Shown: one piece after another, positions 24,464 to 38,262 of the stretch
Numbering within the stretch: the stretch's first letter is position 1
How the letters are laid out: each line of letters starts with the position of its first letter
Assembly: GCA_017499595.2 (NCBI GenBank)
Contig: CM039003.1
Coordinates: 1,116,001 to 1,180,000 of the forward strand
DNA length: 64,000 nt
Direction: 5' to 3'
From: Psilocybe cubensis
Lineage: Eukaryota
Program-made: the position numbers and the translations under genes
Notes under the pieces: generated by a model
What the model saw: the letters and a program-made list of their open reading frames with translations, nothing else
What the model was told of the DNA's origin: nothing
The model's database searches: none

Positions 24464-27128
24464 TTAATGTTTATTAAGTTCAATAAATGCCTGTCGCCCG
24501 TCATCTAGTCCAGGTAAACTTGCCGGCTTGTAAATCTTATTGTACTCGCTCAACTGAACGACGCCGATATCCCCTCGCACGAGCTCTTCTTTGGGCTTAA
24601 CAACACCTCCAAAACCCCCGAAAATACCTCCATGCCCAGGTGCGTGTAGAGCATGATTGAAAGGCTGCATAGGCCCTTTAATATGCGGCGCATGCGTATG
24701 ATGGCTGTAGGGAGTCTCGCCGTTGAGTTTTGGCAAGTAGGAATCAGCAGGCGAGAGAGGGGTAATCGGAGAATAGTCATAATTGAAGCCTCGTTCTATT
24801 GAAGACAGCAGGGCAGAGATGGGGGTTTTGCCTGCATTGACGTCGGCGGAAGGAGCTGGTTTGAGACCTTGTTGAGGAGTTCGAGGATTCTCGTGCTCTG
24901 GGAGCATCAATGAATCGCTATCTTCCTGAACTTCTTCTCCGGCAGGCATCGCTTCTTCGGGCTTCTGGATTTCATGTTGAACATTGGGGATGGGAATGTT
25001 CTCTTTGTTATTCATTGATGACGATTGGACGGCAACGATCGTGGACAAAGTGTTTACATCGCTGTTTTCATTTGCTTGGAGGCTGCTTGATTCATCACCC
25101 TCATCATCAATTTGGTTAGGTTCAACAATATCAGGTAAAGCTGGATCAGCTATTGGACCTGTACCATCGTTGTTTAGATCGCCTTTTTCTTGAACGGCAA
25201 TCTCAACTTCAGGAACGAGTTCATCCTTTCCTTCTTCTGCAGGCGGTGGTGACGGAGGTAAAGCAATGTTTTCTGGAATCACGGGTTTCTCGGCGGATGT
25301 TTTGATAGGTGGTCCCGCAACCTTAGAGCTAGAAGTAGCACGCGTCGACGGTTTCCTCGTCAGCATCGTCTTGACCGGCGCTCTGGTGTTTGTAGGAGGG
25401 ACGGGTCTAGCGGAAGACGAAGTTGCGGCCTTTTGAGCAGCTAGAGGTGCAGGTTTAGCAGGAGGCGCCGATTTACCCCACACTGGTTTTGCTTTAGCAG
25501 GCGCCTGAGCCTTGGTTGTAGATGTACCAGATGTAGAGGCAGCGACCGAAGTTGTCGTCGTCGCTGTGGACGACTTGGGCCGCGAAATGTTGACAGTAGG
25601 CTTTGCAGGGGGCTTTGCGGATGGAACGCGGTCACGTAGAGACGACGTAACTGTGGATGCCGCCTTCTTGACTGGAGCAGGCGGCACAGCAGCAGATCGA
25701 TGACTTGCTGTAGATGCTCCATTATCTATTCGTGAAGCAGGTCGCTTAGGTCCATCAGTATCTTTCTTCGGTGCAGGGGGAGGCGGAGGAGGCATTGGGA
25801 TTCGCCTTGGGCCTGCCGATGGCAGAGCCTGCGAACTGGATCCAGCAGCAGCGGAAGTGGAAGCGGTGGTTATTTGAATGCGTTGTGGAGCGCTAGACTT
25901 TGTGACTATTGTAAGTGAAGCGGTACTTCTTTGCGTTCGTAAAGGAGGAATAGGGCGCTTTGTCTCTTGTACTGTTGTCGTTCTGATGATTGGCTGTACG
26001 CCAGTTGTACGTATCGGCGGTAACGTTATTGGCCTTTGTGGACCCACTTTTGCGGGTTCTGGTGCAACCCTTGACGGCTGGGTTAGACGCACGGGAACTG
26101 GCGCAACCGTAGGGACAGGGTCCTTCCTGCTCACTCGTACTAACGTAGTCGGCTGAGTTTGTGCTTGACCACCGACAGTAGCTGTGGAATGTGTCGAAGA
26201 GGAAGCTGTTCTAGAATGCCCTGTGGATGAGGAAGGACCAACAGATGATTTCGATTTGACTTCAGGTTTGAGGGTAATATTGCTGCGAAGGTTAGAACTT
26301 GACTTCTGGGTTGTTACAGTGGGTGGTTTGACGTCTAAATATTTTCTTGTCGTTGGACTCAATGGGGCAGTGAAGCTGAGGATTCATTTAAAATGAGATT
26401 GCCCACACACAAAGATTTCTATCACATACCTCTGAACTCTTGCCGGCAGTAAGATCGTATAGCTTTCGAATATCTTCCTGCTGTTCTTCCTGACATCGGC
26501 GTTTGCGTCGCGTGCAGTAATACGGATAATGCCCTCAATCTCAACTGCGCGAGCTTCCTTCTCAAGGTCGGGGGGATTGCAGGAGTTGAGACATGCCAAA
26601 GTGCCTTCGGAAATGGCGATTTTCATCGAGGAAGATTTGTCTTTGATGTTGTGATAGAAATGGGTAAGTATAGCAGCCAGCTGAGTGACTTCGATTACTG
26701 ATAAAATAGTGCTTTTTGCGCGGTTAACAATGACCTTGTTTGTTCGGGCACAATTGGTGAGAAGAGTTGGGATGAAAAGAGGCATAATCTGATCAAACTC
26801 CATGCCCATAGCACCGCCTAGAGAGACCATAAGATCCATAGGAACCATGCAAAGTCGTGTTCTTTCCGAGTTCATGGCGCTGATAATTGGACGATGGGCG
26901 GCTCTGACCATCGAGACAATATCGGATGGATGAGTATCGTAGGCACCGGTGTCGCATAGTTTAATGAGCGACGTTAAGGCCTTTGCTATCTTTTCCCATG
27001 TGTCCTCCGTTTCTTGAAGAAACAGGTTTGGTCGAATGTTTTCAAGTTCATATTTAACGTCAATCTAGCGTTGTGTAATGAGTACACAGTACAGATGAAA
27101 GACATGGGCCATGGACGCTCACCGTCAT
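24464..27128 (-). CDS. CLASP N-terminal (TOG-like) domain protein with a long Ser/Thr/Pro/Lys-rich disordered tail
   Basis: ETEDTWEKI, MNSERTRL, LLTNCARTNKVI and ARDANADVRK match CLASP_N/Stu1-like HEAT motifs; low-complexity basic C-terminal exon. Confidence 0.8.
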
Positions 27129-27489
27129 GAAAGTGTGAATGGCCGATTGTTGCGGCTAAATGGCCTAGAGTGTGTGGTGGGGAAGGACGAGATTGAAGAT
27201 GTTACTGGCGAATGGAACTGAAAAGGCGATGTTGAAATTGAACGTGAGCCCCTTCGGCTATTGGATGCCAAGAGGTGCCTTCTCACACGTGATCGCGACA
27301 TTATCCTCAACGCGACATAGGGGCTCATTGGGCCGCGGCGCGCTGGTCAAATTATGAATACCGGGGAGCAATAATCCGTATTCTTCATGCTCAAAATTAA
27401 TACAAGGAATACTTAATATCATAAAAATTCAAAGTATAAGAGTGTATACTAATTTTTCGTAAAGACAATGGTAAAAATGGGCTATATAG

Positions 27490-29685
27490 CTAGCTGACGC
27501 CCCGAGTACTACACGATGACACTACTCGATAAGAAAGCTTACTCTGCAACTTCGGACTATCTACCTTGACCTCGTGTGTCGAGAACCTAACAGTAGCGGT
27601 ATATTCTCCGACAGGATCATCATCAATGTTGATTTCAGTCTGGTTTGTGTGCTGAATAAGTTGTCTGCCGTCCTTTTCCCAAAAGATGGTGTAACTCTCG
27701 CTTATTACCGTATGTGGTTTCCTGAGGTGTCCCAATGGAAGAAGGTCCAGATGGAGCGTTTGAATCATAGCCGCTGAAGAATCTGAAGGTTCGGTACATC
27801 TTTCATTGATACCGTCGATGAAGCTGACGTTCTTAAGAAGGTTGAGCCAAAGTGTCTCGAGGCAAACCTTGCAGAAATTTGGACTAGTAACCAATCGCAT
27901 GAGACAATCGTCATTTGTAGGCCGATAACTAGTTTGATTGACATCAGAATACCTGGAAAATAGTCAATATATTTCTCTGAGATATGACTGAAGAAACGTG
28001 CGTAGGATAAAGTCCGTAGTATCCCGGTACCATAACGAATCTATGAATGTGTGTTTGAGCGTCACAAAGGGATTTCAAGGCATGTCCAATATACTGACTC
28101 TTCTTCACTTCCGTATTCCAGGATTTCGGCACTACATAATTGTGCTGTGCCTTCATTCTTGTCATTTAGAAGGTGGAATTTAAGCTCATGGGTACCGGGT
28201 GAAAGTTTGACAGAAGAAAGGAAATTGTAGAACCACCGATCCATCCCGACCGCACTGCGTGGCTCCCAGCCAAGGTCAATATCATCCAAAGTAACGCGTA
28301 GATCGTCCTTGTCGGGTATTCCAGAAAGAGAGAACTGGATTGAATAACGTTCATACGTCCCAGAAGAACTGAAGCTAATGGACCATGGAGTAGTCATATT
28401 GAGTAAGGTCCATGGATATGCTTGCATGGCCATCACGGAGCGTTCGACTCGCGGTCCTCCATGTTCGTTGATTCTTGAAGGGTTACTAAGCCAACGTTTC
28501 CATGGAAAATCCTTTGTATCGTGTCCAGCGTTGGACCCGAAATACGCATAACCTCCGTCATACTCTTCCCCAACTTCCAAGATTGAATGACCTAGTTCAT
28601 GTCGTAGAACAAGAGGACCGTTAAGAATAGAGGCCGTGATTACACTAAAAACAACAATATAGTGGTGAGTTAGTGCCATAAAGATATTTGTTTGCGAACT
28701 GACGTGAAATCTCCTCCAAGGCCTATTGAACGTTGGTAATGCTTGTAAGAAAACCTCTACTGTCGTACGCCACTCACCTCCATACATAGGATCGTTTCCT
28801 GAAGGATTATAAATTAATAGTGCACTTGAAACGCTGCACTGGACGAGGGTGTACCTAAGAATATAGGATAATCACATTGGTCTTCTAGGGAGTCGCATGC
28901 TGCTCTCCCAACCTCTGGATAGGCGTAGTAAACCCCACGAAGTTCGGTACCCTCCCTGTATAATCCAAAAGGTGTTCTAATCTGATATCAGTGCCGAACA
29001 CCATAAACGTCAAAGATTGAAAAAGTTACTCTTTGGGGGTGTCAATTCCGATACCAGTCTAATTCATGTCATGTAAGATCCATGGAGCATGTACAAGTAG
29101 TGGAAGTTTGTATGCTTACTTCATTACTAGGCGAGAAGGCTGCCCAAAAGTTGAGAAGTGGCTGGACAGTATTGAACGTCTGGTTCTTCGAAACATCTTC
29201 AGCAAGTCGCAAGGCGTCGTCGATGAACTTTTGGCGTTCCTTTGGCAAGTCTTCGTGGGTATCAGTCACTTGGACTGGCATTTATTCAAAAACGCACATA
29301 CAGCCATCTGAGAAGAACACCAGATCAACTCTGTTCGTCGAAGGCCCCGAGATTATCAACGGAATGACTTCAAGAGGAGGGGGATAAGTCTTCGGTGCTT
29401 CGACGTCAATCCCATTGGGTATATTTTGAATGTCATGGAGCTCAAATGAGTCATCTTGAACAAAGAAGCCACTGGTGGTTGAATGGGTATGTCGACGTAT
29501 GCCTTCGCTAGACCTGCCAGACGCGGATTCCCATCCCATAAGATTGTTCGGGCTCGCGAATACTCCTTATAACAATGTATGAGCTGAATACAATGCGCGA
29601 TAGCCTTAAAAGAGATTGTCTCACCGTAATGAAGTTGTCTGAAAAGTAACGCAAACGTCCCTGCTACAATAGGTTTCAACAGCAT
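27490..29685 (-). CDS. Peptidase M64 (IgA peptidase-like) metalloprotease, multi-exon
   Basis: NRVDLVFFSDG, LRHELGHS..EVGEEYD zinc motif, YRPTNDDCLMR and FCKVCLE. Confidence 0.88.
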
Positions 29686-30180
29686 CTTCCTGGCAGATCA
29701 GAAATTGACAACGCGGTTATAATAAGACGATTTCGCAAGTGCTCTAATTTACAGATACAAAATCGTTTGGAAGGTTTACTTGAGGTTTATTAGTGAACAA
29801 ACAAAACGATAGGAAAGACATTAGCAAGTCGTGGAAACTTTTTATTCAACTTCTAACGCGGTTGCAATCATACGACTACCCACACGGGTAGGCGGGCCGT
29901 TCATACAGTAATTAGGGGCTTAAACGCGAGACCCAAGGGCGATCCATAGTGCAGGTTTGAACAATCACTCAACAGGGCGTTCAATCTAGACACTGTTTAT
30001 ACTGTGATGGCGGTTATTGGGATTGAAGACAAACTTTAGGTCTCCGAAAACTTCAAGAAACCACACATTCATCGCAATGGAAACTTTAACGGGGTATATT
30101 TCATTTGTAGATTAACTACAGCAGGGTATAGTCAGTATTGAGTCTGGACATGATGGGTCATTACCATCCATCCATCCCTA

Positions 30181-31837
30181 CTATGAAGCGGGAACGGTAG
30201 ATGGATTCATCAAAATCGATTCCCAGAGCTTGACGGAGTCCACTAACTCTCTGATTCTCGCGGCGAGCTGTCCTTTCCCCCACCCTTGACCTACAACGCT
30301 CTCCTCTCCCCTCAAATTTCTGCCAGCAACATTAGCTGCCAGACCTGAAAGAAAGTACGTAACGTGGTCGCTTTCGAGGACTTTGACAGTTGCTCGCTCC
30401 TGGCTGGTGGAAAGCAGGAGGCTCCCGTCGGTCATGTTCACAACACCGCCAGGTGCGACCTCAACTTCCACAGTTGTGATAGGATCGCCTGCAGCAGGGC
30501 ACCAAAATTCTGAGCCACATCCGAGGACAATAATTGCGAGAGCTTCAAAGTGCTCCACTGACATGAGGTCCTTCATGAGAATACTGAGGCACATGCTGAT
30601 ATGTGCCTTCATGATGAGTCCTCGAGTGAACAGGGCAGCAATGGATTTGCAGAGTGTTAGCGCTGAGCGAACGTAGTGAATATGGGGCCGGTTTTTATAA
30701 TTGATCGAGCTGGGTTTCGTCTAAAAAGGAAACAAATCAGCCTTTTCAGCCACAGAAAGAATGACGAGAACCTACCCCATCCCAGCAATGGATAAACCGT
30801 GTTAAAATCGTCTCTCTGAGGTTCCAAGCAAAAGTTTGGCCGAGTTCTTCGTGTATCTCGTTCAACTGGACGTAGAGATGCCTCGCCACATCTGCAACGA
30901 CATTCTCGGATGATTGGTGCTCTGAACCATCTTGTTGAAGATCAAGTTCGTGTAGTCCATTAATAGGGGTGTATCGAGATGCGTCGCAGGCAGTTATTGG
31001 ACGTCCTGTCGTGCTGCTATGTTGATTCGGCTTGCATGCCTCCTCTCCAAGCATTTCAGCCAGATCAAGAAGTGTTTCAATGTCCCATTTTGTAGAGCCG
31101 TTTACAATTGCTCCAGCGAGAATTTTTCGTAGACGATCCGAGGATTCCGGAAGCAGCGCTTCTTGGAGTAGGGGATAATATACAGGGGGCATGTACTGAA
31201 GGGAACCTTGAAGCGCTCTCGGGACAGCTGTAGCAAGTTCCAAAGCATCGCTTTCAAGTTGAAGAGACGTACGCAGAGGACCTGGGCTGTAGACGGCCGG
31301 AAGAGGGACGCATTGGCGGTAGTGTGAATCATGATGCACGTATTCGTTTGAATGTGGCGAAGGGTACGTAAAATCAACTGGATTAAATCCCAAATCCAGC
31401 GGTGAAGGCTGAAAGGTAGGGTCCACAGGCTTCACTGTTTCTGGGCAATAAACGCGTAGAAAAGACGGTGTGAATGGGGCAGCAAGAGGGTTGAGTTCGT
31501 CTTTCCCGGACGTCGAGCATTCTCCGATGTTTGTATCGTATTTCTGGAAAGCAGAGTTTGCTGTACATTCGAACTCTGGATTAGCGAATATCTTTCGAAT
31601 TTCTTCGTCTTCTAATGTCAAGGAGTGGAGTGAAGACCCGACACTAGAGGCCGGTGAGGACGTCAAGTCGGGGGTCGAAGTGCTCCAACGTGATTCCAGG
31701 AGCTCGAATGTGTCGCCTGACAGTGATGAAGTACCCGAAGTGCTTGTATAGGGTGAGGATGGAATAGGAGGACCGGTGTTAAAAGCATTGGGTTCGAAGC
31801 AACGGTTAAGGTCGATAATTAAGCGTAAAGGGGTCAT
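30181..31837 (-). CDS. Uncharacterised protein with a PAM2-like motif and a helical (MIF4G-like) C-terminal region, 2 exons
   Basis: Two long ORFs joined by an intron near 30720-30775. Ser/Pro-rich N-half with ELNPLAAPFTPS; helical C-half. Confidence 0.7.
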
Positions 31838-32510
31838 AGCGAACGTCTGTTAAAAGGAATGTGATGCTGTATTCAGAACAGAAATTAAAAGAAATAAACG
31901 CGCAGCGTTCAAAGAAAAAAACAACTTCGGGCGGTGGGGCTACAAGTGCTCAGCAAGTATAGGCTGTAGGTAATGTTTATATTTATGAGAAACGACGTCA
32001 GGAACGCCCCTGCGGGCCTAGCTTACAGGAAAGGCCATCATATCCCAACAACAATAGAACAAAAAAAACAGCAGGGATGAGCCGAATCACTGCTGGATAT
32101 CCCTCCATGAGGCAAGACAATAAGGCGTGCTTGACATTCGTGATCCTTCGAAGAACTTGCTAGCTATCTATCCCACAGAGGATCGAGCATCGAAACAATA
32201 GAACTAGCGCAGAACCTGGTTACCGGCAGTGGGGTGAGTGTCGCCTTGCCCCACAGCTTTGAAGGTCAATACCATGATAACAGTTGAGCTATTCAATTGA
32301 TACGTACATTCAAAGCGCCCACAGTTTATCCCATTCTCACACAACATGATCTGTTACCAGTTGGTTGTAACCGTTCTCGTAATGATGATTCAAGAACAAA
32401 AGAGAGCCATCATGGACTTTCGGTTTCACTGACGTCATGGCACATCGCGGCAAACGCCGAACGCTTTATCTGGGTCATTTGTTAAGGGTACAGTAACTAC
32501 AAATGATGTT

Positions 32511-34649
32511 CTATTTACTGGCCAGAAGGGCGGCATTTTTTCGTGGTACGATATCGCATTCGAATGGAACAGGGCGACTAAATATTGTTGGTTTGAACCT
32601 GAACCAAAGGATGTAGAAAACACTTACGAAATAAAGTTGTCAGTGAACATCTCTCCGATTGAAGTGAACTTTTGATCTTTGTTATTGGTACCTTTGCCTT
32701 TGATGTCGAAGTTTGCCAAAATGGACACGATGGCAAGCCATACCTGGAGAAAGTTACCATCATGGTCAAGAACAAGCAGAGAAGGGGATACAAAAGCCGT
32801 ACGGTGGTAGAAGCCATATGACGACCTGGGCAGATACTGGCGAGGTAAATCAGCTATGTAACAAACGGTACTGGATAATGTAGAACACACCGACGACCAA
32901 AGCCAAAAGTAAGGACAGTATCATCATCATTCAAATGGCCTGTTTCAGTAAAAAAGCGATCAGGGTTGAATATATCCGGATTAGGGTATTTTTCTTCGTT
33001 CCGTGTCAATGCCCTGAATACATTGTGTTAGCAAGTCGTTGAGAGGTTTAGTATGTATGTTATACCAGGTATTGGCATACACCACAGTGCCTACATTCAA
33101 TATATAATTGAGTCAAAAAAGACATTGCTAAAAAAGTCTAAAATTACCTTTTGGAATGTAATAGCCCTTGTATATATCATCTGCAGTTGTTGTATGGTCA
33201 GTATTGAGTGGCAATATTGGTGCCCATCTCATTAACTCCCGATATACAGCCTCAATGTATGGTAAAAAAGGGCGATCATCCGTTGTTGGAAGTCGTTCTT
33301 TGCCAATTACTCTGTCGATTTCAGCTTGTGCTTTCTTTTGTGCTTCAGGGAAGAGGCTCATCGCCAGAAGGAATGACTCCATTGCGGCTGCAGACTGTTG
33401 AACGGAGGTCAAAATGGACGGTGCCAAATGAGCAAGGGTACATACCGTCTCTGCTCCAGCTACACAAGTAACACGCTATTAATGGCTGATTGTTGCGAAT
33501 TTGATGGAAAATGACTTACCAGCAAATGAAGTGGCGGCAACGTCCTTGATGAGGTCGTATTCCCTCTGAACGTAGCAATTCTCTAACAAATCTGCCACCA
33601 ATGATGCTGAGGCCGTACCATGAAGCTACAAAGAGATGATTAATGAATTGGCAGATAAACAACTCATGAAGCTCACTTACAAGGCCCTTACCGACAAAGT
33701 CTACTGGTTCATCCTTCATCTTACACGTGAGCTTCTTGACTTCCGCAGCTCGTCTTTGGAAGTCAGCGCCAGGAAACCAGGCAGGAAGATATCGAAGTAT
33801 TGGAAAATATGAGACCATGTGTTTGCCTGGTCGGAGGCACTTCCCCAATGCCGTGACGGTTTCTTCAGCTACTGAAACAAATTGGGCACTGATTTCATCG
33901 CTGATGTCCTGCCCGTACAAGATGGACATGATCATTGCAGAAGAGTTTCTAGGCGCACCATATTAGCAAAGCTAGAAATATTATAGGGCAACACGACGTA
34001 CTTTTTACAATGCTCTATAAAATCAGAAGGTGTCCGGAGAAGGTCGTTTAGTAGATTGTGCGTCTTTGCTGTTTGGATAGGCTCGTATTGTGTCGATATT
34101 TTTCGTCGGAAACACTGTTGGAGCAGTTTCCTATGACGACGCCACAAGTCGCCATACGGCAGAAGTCCTGAATTAAATTGCCAACCCATGCTAGAATTAT
34201 CGGTTGTGAATGTACGTTATATTATATATTATATCATAGAAGTGGACTGACAGCTCTGTATATGGGTTACTCTGGCGGCTGGAATATATTCGTGATCTCT
34301 GTTCAAATAACTCCATAACATCTTCGAGATTGTTCAGAATGACGGTGTGTTCTCCATAGATGTTAAGATATATGATATCCCCTGCCAATTAAAGATTAGT
34401 TGCTCGTCTGTCGTGATAAACGTAGCTTTGTTTACCATACTGTTTCGCCCACTCAGTGTATGTCAGCCAGGGTCGAGATTGTACAGCATGATTCGCATTT
34501 CCTAAGAGTAATGGAGGACCTGGAGGGTAGGGCAAACCACGGATCGGGGATTTAAGCCAAATTTGATACTGATTGTAAAGCGCAAATATAATGCCGCTTA
34601 TTGGTAGCACTGCAAGAAGCAGAGATATGGTGGAATCTGAGAGAGGCAT
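32511..34649 (-). CDS. Cytochrome P450 (CYP64-clan / OrdA-like type), apparently intact, multi-exon
   Basis: TM anchor, PPGP, PWLTYTEW, WRRHRK, AGAET, ELMRW, PDRF and FGFGRRICPG motifs. Confidence 0.92.
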
Positions 34650-35320
34650 CGACGTCTAGTAGAAAGGTTCAGAATGTGACGACTAACAAAAGTATATCTT
34701 ACGTGGATGTTTTCAACTGTCTGAACGAACCTTGGCTAGATATCCCATAAACCGACATCGAAAGGCCCCGTCAATCGTTTCAGTGTGCGAAAAAACTCGA
34801 CCGGGTTACATAGCCCATTGTATTTCCGAGGTTTGAGTATATATATGCTGCGCTGCCGGTGGGGGTGATAGATCGCTACCAGGTAGATAAAATTCGTATC
34901 GTTGGGCAAGGAAAATATAGAGGGGGCGGCGAGTTAGCGGTGATGTTTAGGTTAACACCAAAAATTGTTGAATCGTCATATACCGTATCAGTGGTGACCT
35001 ACAGAGCATGACTTGGGAGGAAGGAAGTGTAACTCTCACGACAACCAGGTTAGTCCCATAGCCGGGATTCGGCAACCCTTCCAGCGGATTTATTTAATTT
35101 AATTTTAACGTTATTATGTAATCATTTATAATACACCCGACTATAGAACGACCCTTAATTTCTCGATTTCATTGATTACACTGTGACAGTTGTGAAGGCA
35201 ATGCGACGTGCTTTGCAAAGTTTGAATGATTTTTTATCACCTTGAAATCAGTATGTGAGAACTCCTTGTAAATCACAGATCTGAATGGCACTCAACATAT
35301 TTTTCGTAGGGGATTTCTTT

Positions 35321-36557
35321 TCAGTGACTCAACCAGTAATCAGCCACTGTCTGGCCAGGATTCCACTCCTCGCTCATGTTAGCCATGTATTGGCAGATTC
35401 CCAAAAAGGCCTCCAACCAGTCCAGCTCTTGATCAGAAGCCGGGGAAAGGCTATCTTTGGCGGCCACCTTATGGACATACGGTTCTTTCTTGAAATATGG
35501 CTCTTGTTGTTTGGCGCCAGAAAGTCGTTTTTTCTTATAAGGGACTCGCGACAATGGAGTTTCCTCTGCACCATTTATGATGCTGCGCGGGTAGACCAAA
35601 GGTAAGCCATCCAACACTTCCTTTATCTGCTGTGGGTACTGATGAGGAATGGCATTTGCTTTAGGAATTTTGTTAGCATCCTTCGATGGAAACTTTTCCA
35701 GTGTCTTCAAGAATAATCTGAGTAATCTGCATGAAGCTAGAGTCAGCTACTCCCGTTGCTTTTATGCAAAACCATTCTTCTAACCTATCGTGTGGGACCA
35801 GGTATAAGCGGCGAGTGTGAAATACGCATTTTGCCACAATGCGCTGCTTTGCTATTTGCCGCTTTTGCATATCTCTTGCCCGTCGAAGCAGCATGTCAAT
35901 CAAGTGCTGGTCGTTCCTATGATGATCTTGGCCAAGGTCCCGTAGAGTTCTCACCATTGCGGGGTATGTCTGGACTATAGCTGCCATACGGTTAAGCTGG
36001 GCGAATTTGATCGAATTAAGCTTCATCTCCGCCGCATCGAGATTTTCGAAAATTTCCCTTAAACTGTCTACCGACGTTACTTCCCAGGATGATTTCGGTC
36101 CAATGGTGCGTGGTGCGTAATGGGTTAATACAGGGAGCGAATATTCATAGGCGTATAGGATTTTGACCGTGGATGCTCTGATTGCAGATCTGAAGAAATC
36201 TTGCAAACGCAGCGATGCCACACCCCATTCTTCCTCAAGCAGATCGTGGTGTGCTTTGGTGAAAGATCTACCGTCGAACCTCAAAGAGTCCATGTACAAA
36301 GGATAATATCCATAAACCAAATAACAGACACGGAGGTAAAGAGAATACAGCGCCTTAATCTCTGCCAAATACTTCACAGAGAAAACCTTCCCTAACACCA
36401 GATGGGATGTTATGCAATGTTCGAGGTGCGGAATATCTTGATCGCAAATTAATTGGAGAAGATACGCCAGTGGTATGTCGTCGAGGATTTTGTAAACCAA
36501 TTCAGGAGGCATGCGTGTTATATGGTTGACAAAGCTGTTGGGTGTGGAATGTGACAT
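35321..36557 (-). CDS. Uncharacterised protein with an F-box-like N-terminus, tandem copy 1 (2 exons)
   Basis: ITRMPPELVYKILDDIP start; colinear similarity to 36872-38120 (EIFENLDAAEMKL, LYLVP.DR, ELDWLEAFL.ICQYM). Confidence 0.8.
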
Positions 36558-36871
36558 GTCGACTGGGGTATGTTATGGTTCACTTTTGCCAATGGAGTAT
36601 CAATAATTATCTTTTATCTTACCCTTCAGCTGTGTTCGACAGGTCGAGTCACAGCAAACATCGTGCGAAATTTGAGCTGGATATCTATTTTCGTTACGTT
36701 GACTTTGCAACTTCGATTTCAAAAATTCTGTTCATCGCTTCGGGCGTGATTTACAATCCGTGAGGGTTGGTTTTACCTCGACCAAGTTTATTCGAAGTAA
36801 AGTTTAGTTGTTATTTTCTAAAGGACCTCAGTCTCTACCCAAACATTTTTCTTAAGTGACCCTTTGTCCAA

Positions 36872-38120
36872 TCAATGAGTCCTCCAGTACTCAGCAACTG
36901 TCTGTCCCGGTTTCCACTCCTCCTGCATCTGAACCATATATTGACAAATGCTTAGGAATGCTTCCAGCCAATCTAATTCCCTGGTAGAAGCTGGCAACAT
37001 GCTTCGGTCAAGGCCATACACATTGACTTGTAGCATTGGCTCTTTCTCGAAATACGGCTGGAGTATCAACGATGCAGTGCTTTTCCAGGGTTGTTTCTTG
37101 TACGGGACTCGAAAAAGCAGCGTTTCCTCTGCGCTCTCCAAGATCACGTCGCGTGAGTATACGAAAGTCAGCCCTTCCAATACGACTTGTAATTGTGTGG
37201 GATATTGATGCGAAACAATGCGGGTGTTGTCTATTCTGGTTACTTTGTCCACAGGCTGAAACCTCTCTATCGTCTTCAAGAATAATCTCAACAGCCTACG
37301 GTAGGTGTTAATTCTTGCATACCCAACGACTCAGGACGTTGCTTACATACCTATCGTAAGGCACCAGATACAAACGTCGGCAGGAAAATATGGACCTTGC
37401 CACGATCCGGTTTCGTCCTATTTGACGCCTTTGCATCGTTTTTGCGCATTGAAGTAGCCAGTCCACCAAATGTTGATTGTTTCTAAGATGGTCTTGGGCA
37501 AAATTCCATCGAGTCCTCACCATACCAGGATAGTTTTGAACTATATTTGCCATTCGCTGAAGCTGGGCAGATTTGATTGATTTGAGTTTCATCTCTGCTG
37601 CATCGAGGTTCTCAAATATTTCAGTCAAGTCTTCCACCGTCGTCGTCGTCCATATTGACTTTGGTCCAATGGGTCGAGGTGCGTAGTTTCTCAACACAGG
37701 GAGCGAGCTTTCGTAACGATGCAGAATATTGATGATGGCGGCTTTGGCTGCAGAGATAATGGAATTTCGGAGTACGGGGTAATTGTTTTGTGCGTTGCAG
37801 AACACGCCATGTCTATTCACAAAAATTCTCCCATCATATCTCAAAGCATGCATGAGCTGTGGGATATGACCAAGGATCACCCGGCAGATGCGAAGGTAAA
37901 GAGAATACAGCTCCTTTATCTCTGCAAGATATTCGGCAGAGAAAAGTTTTCCCAGTACCAAGTGGGATATAATGCAACCTTCGAGATGCGGAATGTCATT
38001 GTCGCAAATCAGTTGAAGAAGATGTCCCATCGGCAAATCATCGAGGATTTTATGAGCCACTTCGGGTGGCACCAAAGATATGTAGTGGGTGAAACTGCCG
38101 TGTCGCCGGATGGATGTCAT
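36872..38120 (-). CDS. Uncharacterised protein with an F-box-like N-terminus, tandem copy 2 (2 exons)
   Basis: ISLVPPEVAHKILDDLP start; paralogue of the adjacent gene with the intron at the same position. Confidence 0.8.
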
Positions 38121-38262
38121 TGAAGCGAGGTTGAGTGGACGTGATAAGTATATCGGGGTTCAACGTTCACTCTTAGAGCGAGATTAATTTATTTATCTTT
38201 CCTCAAGGGATTTTATACTACGACTAAGTTCGAGTCATAAAAGAAAGCGTGTGAATTGAGCA

